A DNA stretch of 64,000 bases from a virus. This document shows positions 51,239-59,614 of this stretch, piece by piece. Location of the stretch: the IMG/VR virus record IMGVR_UViG_3300044994_000386, positions 22,436 to 86,435 of that record. One strand, written 5' to 3'. Every line of letters starts with the position of its first letter. Position 1 is the first letter of the stretch. Under the pieces are notes generated by a model. It saw only the letters and a list, made by a program, of their open reading frames with translations. It did not search any database and was not told the DNA's origin. The position numbers and the translations under genes were made by a program.

Positions 51239-52312
51239 ATGCATAGAGATAGTACTCCTAATTTTCAGACTAAATTAACCAAATTAACTCACTTCAATGA
51301 TTTCATTAATCATGCTGATGAAGAAAAAGAGGATCTTAAAAAGGTAAAAAGATCTTTTACTAAAAATGCTGAAGGTAGTGGAACCGACATCGGCAATAAA
51401 ACTAAATATAAGTACAATAGAGTAACTCGTAAGATGGATGATGATTCATTGTCTGAAATTAAAGATGATATCAAAATGTTAGATGATTTAGTGACAAAAG
51501 ACAAAAATCATAAATATAAAATTGTTTCTAAACTACACCAAGAATCAGCTGGGAGTATTGATGTTTTGGATGATTTGAAGTCTAATTTTAGAAGTTGGAG
51601 ATATAACCACGATACAATTGAATATGTCGAAAAATTGACATCAATTTTAAAAAAAAGGCACCCAGAAACAGACGAGTCAAAATTAAAACAAATGGCTATT
51701 GACTGGTGCGGTTTTGAATGTGAAAACGATATAGTAGAACCAACTATTAATAAAAGATCTGATTATAGAGGTGGAGTGGTTAAGCCACATTGGTTAGGTG
51801 AGAGAAAATTCATTAAGAAGTTTGAAAACTTTGGTTTAAATAAAGAAGAAATGCATATTGGTTTAGATAATACTTCCTCGGAAGTAGAGTTTGAATCACC
51901 AGCTAAAAACCAAAGTTATATGTTTTTTGAAAACTTAAAAACGATAAAAAGAATGACAAGTGAGATGTTAGAGATGGATCAAGATAAAGTTAACGATTTG
52001 TTAAACAATGGTCATAACTGGGCAGAAGATCATATCTCTACTGCCAGAGAAGCAGTCTCACACGTTTATGACTTTTTAAATAATAAGTTAACAAATGAAA
52101 ATCATGAAATGAATTTCAAAGAGAATGAAAACTATATGTTTTTTGCGAATATTGAAAACATTCACAATCAAGTTAATGAATTGATTGAACTGGATTACCA
52201 AATTGTAAATAATTTAATTTTAAATGGACATGATTGGGCAGAAGATCACATATCAAGTGCTAAAGAGAAAATATCACAAGTTTACGACTTATTAAAATCA
52301 AAAATTAACTAA
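51239..52312 (+). CDS. Hypothetical protein with duplicated YMFF...NGHxWAEDHIS domain
   Basis: Two ~60 aa copies in the C-terminal half. Confidence 0.7.
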   Translation: MHRDSTPNFQTKLTKLTHFNDFINHADEEKEDLKKVKRSFTKNAEGSGTDIGNKTKYKYNRVTRKMDDDSLSEIKDDIKMLDDLVTKDKNHKYKIVSKLHQESAGSIDVLDDLKSNFRSWRYNHDTIEYVEKLTSILKKRHPETDESKLKQMAIDWCGFECENDIVEPTINKRSDYRGGVVKPHWLGERKFIKKFENFGLNKEEMHIGLDNTSSEVEFESPAKNQSYMFFENLKTIKRMTSEMLEMDQDKVNDLLNNGHNWAEDHISTAREAVSHVYDFLNNKLTNENHEMNFKENENYMFFANIENIHNQVNELIELDYQIVNNLILNGHDWAEDHISSAKEKISQVYDLLKSKIN

Positions 52313-52313
52313 T

Positions 52314-53891
52314 ATGATAACCAAATACAGTGAATTTTTATTGGAACAATTTATAACAATGATTAATGAATCAGAGGTGATATTTTCAGATAAGTTTAGA
52401 AAATTACTTAAAGCAATCGAATCACCAATTGCCAAGGCACTTATAAATATTGAGAATAAAGATTTAAAAATAACTGCTAACTATTTAGATGTTTCAGATA
52501 ATAAAGATTCAATTTCTTTCATACCAGATAGAAAAGCTCAAGAGATATTAAAAGATAAACCAGAAAAGTTTGCAACATTTAATGGTACCGGTGGTATTTT
52601 AACACATAACATGAAAGAAAACGGGACCATATTCAATTTATTAGGATATGAACCAAAAGGCGACAAAGGTTATAAACCACAAGTCGGTGAAAGGGGATTA
52701 GTTGTTTCAAGAGCCGTTTCGCCTTTATCAGGAAATGTTTATCTTTATATGAAGTTTGATAATGGTGAATGTGTATTAAAGGAAGATAGAGTAAACTATG
52801 AAGATTATCTAAAAGATCTTTGGACTAAAAATAGACAAAATGTGAGAACAGGTAGAGCAATTCAAGCATTATTGAATGCTGCTGGTTATACATATAAATC
52901 ATCTGAAATTGAAGAATTTGTTAATAAATATAAATCGGCTTTTGAAAAAATGAACGATGCTTTCTCAAATTTTGAATTAGTTGAAGGTGATAAAATTGGT
53001 TACTGGTATAATTCTAAAAATTACGCTGATAATAAAGGTACACTTTCAAATTCTTGTATGTCAAATGTTCCAAATAACTTCTTTGATATTTATATGTCAA
53101 ATCCTGATGTATGTAAACTATTGATTTTAAAAGACGAGTCTGGTAATAAAATTAAAGGCAGGGCTTTAGTTTGGAAACTTCAATTTCCAGAAGGAGTTAC
53201 TTTTCTTGATCGTATATATACACATAATGATTCAGATGTTGAGTTATTCCGTGAGTATGCTAAATCTCAAGGGTGGTATTATAAATTTAGAAATGATAGT
53301 TCAAATTCTTCTGAAATGATTTCACCATCAGGTGAAAAAGTAGATATGGGACCATTAGTAGTGAAAATTAGAAAAGGTGAATATAATAAATATCCATATG
53401 TGGATACGGTCAAATATTTTAATTCAAGTGCAGGCACACTATCAACTAGTTCTAAAGGATATGTAATCTGTCTTGAAGATACCAATGGAGGTGGAGAAGA
53501 GTGTGACTATTGCGGAGGTTCAGGTGAAGTAGAATGTTATGACTGTGAAGGTAGTGGTGTACAAAGATGTGAAGAGTGTGATGGAACAGGTAACATTAAT
53601 TGTGAAGAATGTTACGGTAATAGAGAATTAGATTGTCCAAATTGTGATGGTTTAGGTGAAATTGATTGTGAATATTGTGATGGTTTAGGTGAAAACGATG
53701 ATGGTGAAGAATGTTCAGTTTGTGAAGGTAAAGGTAAAGTTGACTGCAGTTATTGTGACGCTGAAGGTAAAAGAGAGTGTCCGGAATGTGACGGTAGAGG
53801 TACCGTTGATTGTAATGAATGTGACGGTAGAGGTGAATACTCTTGTAGTAACTGTGATGGTGAAGGTATCGTGCCTTGTCCGGAATGTTAA
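52314..53891 (+). CDS. SCM/RALxW/DRIY family protein with DnaJ-type CxxCxGxG repeats
   Basis: GTLSNSCMS, GRALVW, LDRIY, YPYVDT; 12 CxxC units at the C-terminus. Confidence 0.8.
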   Translation: MITKYSEFLLEQFITMINESEVIFSDKFRKLLKAIESPIAKALINIENKDLKITANYLDVSDNKDSISFIPDRKAQEILKDKPEKFATFNGTGGILTHNMKENGTIFNLLGYEPKGDKGYKPQVGERGLVVSRAVSPLSGNVYLYMKFDNGECVLKEDRVNYEDYLKDLWTKNRQNVRTGRAIQALLNAAGYTYKSSEIEEFVNKYKSAFEKMNDAFSNFELVEGDKIGYWYNSKNYADNKGTLSNSCMSNVPNNFFDIYMSNPDVCKLLILKDESGNKIKGRALVWKLQFPEGVTFLDRIYTHNDSDVELFREYAKSQGWYYKFRNDSSNSSEMISPSGEKVDMGPLVVKIRKGEYNKYPYVDTVKYFNSSAGTLSTSSKGYVICLEDTNGGGEECDYCGGSGEVECYDCEGSGVQRCEECDGTGNINCEECYGNRELDCPNCDGLGEIDCEYCDGLGENDDGEECSVCEGKGKVDCSYCDAEGKRECPECDGRGTVDCNECDGRGEYSCSNCDGEGIVPCPEC

Positions 53892-53900
53892 AGGATATTA

Positions 53901-54602
53901 TCAAAAATTTTCTATAATCTTATTTATTTTTTCGTCTCTACTAAGTCTTATATATTCACTATAATTGGGGTCAGTCTTATCATTCACTACAAATAATAAC
54001 ATAGAATTATTAGATACTATCTGATAACCAAATTCAATAATAATTCGTGTAGCTTCATCATTTTTATATAATAAGAAGTTATCAAAATTCATAATGATCT
54101 CATCAAAAAGAATAATCCGATTATAATTATAATTCATATAAGGATCAACATAAACTTTTTTAGCAAAGAAACTTCCAATTTTATACAACCCATTTGTATT
54201 TGTATTGATAATATTCGAGTTTGAATGTGGATAATACCCGGTACTATCTTGTATAGAACTGCCTAATTTATTATTAAGAATCATATTGCTAAATTTAGTT
54301 TTAATAATTTTATTGATTAACTCTGGTGGGAAATTATAATTTAAATTAACTTCGTCTATCTGAATATAATCAAATTTTTTAGTTATAGTTAATTCTGAAA
54401 TTATTTCTTTAAACAAAATTTTAATACATTCATCAATCAGTATATTTTGAATCTTATCATTCATACTATTTCCAAAATCAGATTCTAAATTTAGTAATAA
54501 ATATGAAACTTTAATTTTTTTAAAATTACTAAGACTTGAATTTAATTTTATAAAGTCATATTTTTTAGTCGACTCATATAACTTCTGTATTAATTTTTCC
54601 AT
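53901..54602 (-). CDS. Hypothetical protein with weak gp23/gp24 capsid-like motif
   Basis: YKIGSFFAKKVYVDPY. Confidence 0.45.
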   Translation of the reverse strand: MEKLIQKLYESTKKYDFIKLNSSLSNFKKIKVSYLLLNLESDFGNSMNDKIQNILIDECIKILFKEIISELTITKKFDYIQIDEVNLNYNFPPELINKIIKTKFSNMILNNKLGSSIQDSTGYYPHSNSNIINTNTNGLYKIGSFFAKKVYVDPYMNYNYNRIILFDEIIMNFDNFLLYKNDEATRIIIEFGYQIVSNNSMLLFVVNDKTDPNYSEYIRLSRDEKINKIIENF

Positions 54603-54603
54603 A

Positions 54604-55551
54604 TTAATTTATTTTTTCACCAGTTTCTGGATTATAATTCAAGATTAATAACTCGACACCTTTAGGTTGTTCTGCTTTATTATTTGAATTATTACCGCCT
54701 TGAGCTGAACTTCTAAATACCTCCTTTTGTGTCCAAACGTACTTATCACGAGGGAGTAGATCTTCTAAAATTGGAAAATAGTAATATGAAAGTGACCAAC
54801 GACATTTAGTTGTTTTAAGTAACTCTAATAGCCTACGATGTGAAGTAGTGCCAAAAACACTATCAGAGTCTGCGCCATACCAAAAAAGTCTTTTAGCATC
54901 ATCATCACCTTTATCTTCATTAAATCTAGCATAAGGTGGATCTAAATAAAGATAAGTATCTTCAGCATCATATTTATTAATTATCTCTTCAAAATCACAA
55001 TTATGAAATTCGGTTATTGATTTTAATTTGTCAGTATATTTATTTTTCTTCAATTTGTCAATTAGAACATCGAGTTTTAATTTATCTTTATCTTTTTTAT
55101 AACCATTAAAGCCAGCACCGCGTGGATAAACTGAATTATGAGCTGATGTAATTAGAAAGGCATAAATAGCAGCTTTTTTAAAATCACCAATTTCAAAATT
55201 CATATCATCTAAGAAATCATTCCTCTGATATTCTTTGTAAATAGATTTATAGAAATTCCACTTCTTTAAAGGATCAGTTTCAGTTGTATATAAAAGATTA
55301 GCCTTTAGATTCTCTAAATGCTTAAGAAACTCTTCAGGTTGTGAACAACATTTAAACAAATTTACTTGGTGTCGATTTTTATCATTAAAAATAACAAATT
55401 CGGCTTTCAAATTAGGATCGTCCATATAAGTGGCAAAGCTACCACTGAAAGGCTCTAAATAGGTTTTAATACCAGTCTTTGGAATTTTTGAATTAATAAA
55501 TTCTATGAAAACTTTTGAGGATTTACCTCCGAAATAACTTATGATTGACAT
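54604..55551 (-). CDS. DNA adenine methyltransferase, Dam/D12-like
   Basis: YFGGKS, EPFSGS, FND, YLDPPY, ELLILNY. Confidence 0.88.
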   Translation of the reverse strand: MSIISYFGGKSSKVFIEFINSKIPKTGIKTYLEPFSGSFATYMDDPNLKAEFVIFNDKNRHQVNLFKCCSQPEEFLKHLENLKANLLYTTETDPLKKWNFYKSIYKEYQRNDFLDDMNFEIGDFKKAAIYAFLITSAHNSVYPRGAGFNGYKKDKDKLKLDVLIDKLKKNKYTDKLKSITEFHNCDFEEIINKYDAEDTYLYLDPPYARFNEDKGDDDAKRLFWYGADSDSVFGTTSHRRLLELLKTTKCRWSLSYYYFPILEDLLPRDKYVWTQKEVFRSSAQGGNNSNNKAEQPKGVELLILNYNPETGEKIN

Positions 55552-56062
55552 TTAATAAATAATATTTTGTATTTATATCAATTATTTTGGAATTTGTTTA
55601 TATTAATTCTCCTAATACCCAATCCCAATCTCTTATTTCAAATACATTAGTCATTCTAACTGAAAAATCTCTGCGGTATTTTTTTAAATCAAAATTATAA
55701 AACAGGAAATTTTTTAGAAGCATAATCAGTAAATGGTTAATCTAAATACATACCAACAAGTTGTTTAGTGATCCAAGGATACTTTCAAAAACTCCATCTA
55801 TTATCACATGGTTATTTAGTAAATTATTAATGTAATCAATCTTTTGTCGACCTTTGCTATTTTCAGGATTCATTAATACAAGATTTAAAAATTCACTTTT
55901 ATAAAAAAATTAAGAACTTTTTATTATACCAATCAGTTTCGAAATTTATTGGTTTGATGAATCTCATGCTAAATTGATCTGAAAGAAAGTAGATTTTACT
56001 TAGATCGATTTTTTTCATAAAAGAAAGAGTCATAATTCTATTTGATAAAGACTCATTTGTTG

Positions 56063-56408
56063 TGGAGGTGGGGGTATCGAAACCCCGTCTTCTTCAGCTA
56101 AAATTAATTACTCATTTACAGGCTTAGTAAATTTTTCTAAATTTACAAAATATTCAGTTTTATATTACGTGTTATCCTGACTTTCAACGAGACTTTTACA
56201 GAGTCTTTACTGTTTGGAAACCTATTAAGCAAAAGCTACTTCGTTTACCTTTAAGATGTTGTTGCGTAGGGCAAATACTAAATCTTCTTTGCTTGCTACT
56301 TCGTTTGTGTTGCCATTTAAAGCGTTTGATACCGTTTTTGAATCGGTTAGATATCATCCGATGCCTGCATAATTAACTTTACTCTGCGAATCTATACCTT
56401 TCACCCCC
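56063..56408 (-). ncRNA. ssrA: tmRNA; tag reading frame 56314-56225
   Basis: GGGGGTG/CACCTCC-A acceptor stem with G3:U70; T arm GGGGT-TTCGAT-ACCCC; GCAGG near the 5' end and CCTGTA near the 3' end; tag ends AFA-TAA-TAG. Confidence 0.9.
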
Positions 56409-56444
56409 GTTAATTATTATATTTTTAAATTTAATGTTTTAAAA

Positions 56445-56528
56445 AAAATCACAATGATTTATTTCTCCACATTTTGGGCATTCCCAAATTCTATTAGAGA
56501 GCGTTAAATCACTATGTTTATGAATACA
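56445..56528 (-). pseudogene. Relic of an IS200/IS605 TnpB C-terminal zinc ribbon
   Basis: Translates CIHKHSDLTLSNRIWECPKCGEINHCD; no start codon or upstream frame. Confidence 0.6.
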
Positions 56529-56558
56529 AAGATATATATAAATATTTAAAATTCCAAA
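56527..56558 (-). promoter_or_regulatory. Bacteroidota-type promoter upstream of tmRNA
   Basis: TTTG-N20-TATCTTTG on the - strand. Confidence 0.6.
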
Positions 56559-56564
56559 AAAAAA

Positions 56565-57164
56565 TTAAAATGGTTCGATATCTTTTTTGTAACCCCTTTT
56601 GTTTGCCTCATAGTAAAAATAAATAGTAAATACAGGCTCGCGTTTAGTATTTTCCCACATTTCAATCTCTGGGTCATACTGAATTAAAATATCATCGTTG
56701 ATTTTCTTTAATATATTAGTCATTTTCATTATTGACTTCATCTTTTCATTTTTTTTAAAATTGAATTGAATACTGATATCATAACCGTCGTTAATAACGT
56801 AAAAGTCATTAATACCGGCATTTTTAATCATCTTTCTAATTAGATAAGTTAATTCTTTGACTACATCTTCTTGGTCTTTAGAAAGTTCAACTTTATTTCT
56901 ATTATTGGTGTTATATGAATGTTTATTGTCTGAGTATGAATCATATTCTTCAAAATCAGAGTATTCAAATTCATTGGAGTCATAATTTAATTTCTTATAA
57001 CCCGGATCAGATTTGAGATCTGATTTTGCTGCAAGTTTTGCCCTTGGATCATTAATATCATCATCTAACCAAGACAGATCTTTATTTCTTTTACTTGACT
57101 CATGGATATAATCAAATCCAAATCTATTTTCTTTTATTAATCGATTGAATTTTTTAAGTTTCAT
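56565..57164 (-). CDS. Hypothetical protein
   Basis: Starts MKLKKFNRLIKEN. Confidence 0.65.
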   Translation of the reverse strand: MKLKKFNRLIKENRFGFDYIHESSKRNKDLSWLDDDINDPRAKLAAKSDLKSDPGYKKLNYDSNEFEYSDFEEYDSYSDNKHSYNTNNRNKVELSKDQEDVVKELTYLIRKMIKNAGINDFYVINDGYDISIQFNFKKNEKMKSIMKMTNILKKINDDILIQYDPEIEMWENTKREPVFTIYFYYEANKRGYKKDIEPF

Positions 57165-57165
57165 A

Positions 57166-58797
57166 TTATTTTATTTCAAATTTTATCTTATCACCACTGA
57201 ATTTGATATCTGGGTCTATATTATATTTTCTAAATAAAAAGTCTAAAATAGACATATCTTTTTCAAAATGTTCAAATCTATAGTCGTCAATTTCCATAGT
57301 AATGGTTATCTTACCTTCGTGACCTTTTATATTATCATTGTTATAGAAAACGGACTTCTTAAATTCTTCTAAAAATTTAGAGTATTTAGACATCAATTCA
57401 TCATCAAATCCAACTCTTCTTTTAACTATAAGTTTACTCCAATCTGCTTCAACACAAGCTTTTGCTAATCTTTCCAGGTAAGAAATATTCTGAACCTCAT
57501 CATGTGTATGTTCATTAAAGTAACCCACTGATATATTGGTACATTCCGGAATTATATCTGTGAAGTTTGCTGAGTCTGTGAAAACACCGGTCGGATCTAA
57601 ATTTAATTTTAATCCACTTTTATTTAACTCTTGACACAAAGAAGTTGCAAACTCATAAGAACAACACTCAACCGACATCTGTGCTGTAACAACAGAGTAA
57701 TAGTTTCTTCTATCAAAAGAAATGCACTTTTTTATTTTTTTTAAAAATGGGTATTTATAATGATTCGCAGAAACCTTACTTGAGCCTATACCACCTCTTT
57801 CTTCACCATAGAAAAAGAAATAAACACCTGGTATATTATGTGCAATCATGTAAAGCATCACAGTCACACCAGCTTTATCATCCGCACCTAAGATTGAAGT
57901 ACCGTCAGTACAAATAAATTCGTCTTTTTCCTTTGTATATGAGATTAAAGTAACTCGATCTTTTGTTCTTGATGCTGTATCTAAGTGTGATGTAAACATT
58001 GTATCACCACCGTCACCAACAATTTTATAGTAGTTACCAAATTCGTCTTTTGTCAAGTCTTTAGGCATATATTTCATAACCCCTTCCTCGGTACCATATG
58101 GATACGTTTCTGTAACAAGTGATAAGAAAGTTGATCTCACATCTTTTGGATTATATTTAAACTCAGGAAGTTGAATTCTGTTTCCACTTGGACGATTAGA
58201 ATATTGACCAACTATTTTATTATAAGACTTTAAAAATCTACTGACCTCTTTATCACTAAATTTATTTGGAAAATATTGTCTTAAAAATTGATTTACACTA
58301 ATTTTACATGGCTTACCTTTGATTACAATGTTAAAGGTATTATATTTATCAGACACATCAATTTTTTCAATTCCAAGTGGATTTTTAATGTTTCTGTTAC
58401 TTTCTAAATCATAGATCGACCAGCAGATTTCATCAGAGATTTTATCTAACAAAATCCAAAAATCGTCACTAAATTTAATTAGAGGAACATTATTATTTTT
58501 ACCAACTAACTTTTTTTGCATACTTTCTATTTCTTTACTTGTTTCAGGTGGTAAGTGATTTGACCATATATTAAATGAGTGAACAAAAGCTTCATACGAT
58601 TCAATAGATTGCAGATCACCTAATACCTGTTTTAGTGTTGATATGTTCATATCATTCTTGCCTATTAAGATTTTATCTTTATATGGTGATTCTATGTTAA
58701 TCGCTGTCTGAAGACCATTAATTATCTTACCATATCTCTTTTTATCCATTTTATCTAGGACATCTAAAACACCTTTAGTTAAATAACAACCTTTCAC
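57166..58797 (-). CDS. M28/M20-like zinc peptidase with N-terminal extension
   Basis: SHLDT, LGADDKAG, GEERGGIGS, FDR, TD, NISVGY.NEHT. Confidence 0.8.
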   Translation of the reverse strand: MKGCYLTKGVLDVLDKMDKKRYGKIINGLQTAINIESPYKDKILIGKNDMNISTLKQVLGDLQSIESYEAFVHSFNIWSNHLPPETSKEIESMQKKLVGKNNNVPLIKFSDDFWILLDKISDEICWSIYDLESNRNIKNPLGIEKIDVSDKYNTFNIVIKGKPCKISVNQFLRQYFPNKFSDKEVSRFLKSYNKIVGQYSNRPSGNRIQLPEFKYNPKDVRSTFLSLVTETYPYGTEEGVMKYMPKDLTKDEFGNYYKIVGDGGDTMFTSHLDTASRTKDRVTLISYTKEKDEFICTDGTSILGADDKAGVTVMLYMIAHNIPGVYFFFYGEERGGIGSSKVSANHYKYPFLKKIKKCISFDRRNYYSVVTAQMSVECCSYEFATSLCQELNKSGLKLNLDPTGVFTDSANFTDIIPECTNISVGYFNEHTHDEVQNISYLERLAKACVEADWSKLIVKRRVGFDDELMSKYSKFLEEFKKSVFYNNDNIKGHEGKITITMEIDDYRFEHFEKDMSILDFLFRKYNIDPDIKFSGDKIKFEIK

Positions 58798-58807
58798 TCC
58801 TTATATA

Positions 58808-59197
58808 TTATTTTTTAGTCACGATTATTTGATTTGAATTTTTATATTCTACCTCAACTTGACCTGGATTCATTCCCGGCCTTTTGTGTACAAATTTTCT
58901 TTTACAATAAACAACGGTTACTTTAGATCCAGAATTACCTTTTGAATTATCAGCAGCAATTTGAGCCGCTTTTTTAATTACTTCCAGTGTTGGTAATTTA
59001 TCAGATACCTTTATTACCACATGGCTACCAGGTACACCTTTAGCGTGCATCCAAATATCGTCTTCACTGGCTAATTCCAATGTCAAGAAATCATTTGCTG
59101 CTGCATTTTTACCTTGAAAAACAATAAAATCATCAATTAGGTGTCTTTTGACACCATTGCCTTTTGCTTCAAAATATTTATACTTTAATATTTCCAT
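58808..59197 (-). CDS. Stand-alone NFACT-R (DUF814) RNA-binding protein
   Basis: GKNAAANDFLT, DIWMHAKGVPGSHVVI, AAQIAA..S, V.Y...K.V.K..G..PG.V. Confidence 0.88.
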   Translation of the reverse strand: MEILKYKYFEAKGNGVKRHLIDDFIVFQGKNAAANDFLTLELASEDDIWMHAKGVPGSHVVIKVSDKLPTLEVIKKAAQIAADNSKGNSGSKVTVVYCKRKFVHKRPGMNPGQVEVEYKNSNQIIVTKK

Positions 59198-59553
59198 TAT
59201 TTTATTACTTTATTTAGATAAGCCAATCCATGATAAATATCTATGACTCTAACTTTAATTACAGCTTGTGTAGCAGGTGAGCTAAAACTGTTTCCCTTTT
59301 TCTTAACTAAGGCAGTAATATAAATTGTATCACCACGTTTGACTTCCCTATTACTTAAATCTGGACTAAATCCAATTTGATTTGCCTCATAAAATGGTAA
59401 ATCTTTGTGATCCATAAAAACATCTATAATAGATTCAATTTCAAATTTATCCGAAGATTTAGACTTAACAATACCATCTTCTAATTCCAATATTTCTGGA
59501 TCTTTGATGTCATTTGATAATTCTTGAAATTTTTTTATTTTACGAGTTTTCAT
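59197..59553 (-). CDS. Hypothetical protein
   Basis: Starts MKTRKIKKFQE; TAATATATA (-) at 59562-59570. Confidence 0.65.
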   Translation of the reverse strand: MKTRKIKKFQELSNDIKDPEILELEDGIVKSKSSDKFEIESIIDVFMDHKDLPFYEANQIGFSPDLSNREVKRGDTIYITALVKKKGNSFSSPATQAVIKVRVIDIYHGLAYLNKVIK

Positions 59554-59614
59554 ATTTTATATATATATTAAATATTTAAACAAAAAAAAAATATATTAAA
59601 CAAAATATAAAAAT

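Noticed and set aside
52314-53891. DnaJ chaperone
   Set aside because: Only the Cys repeats match; no HPD-containing J domain
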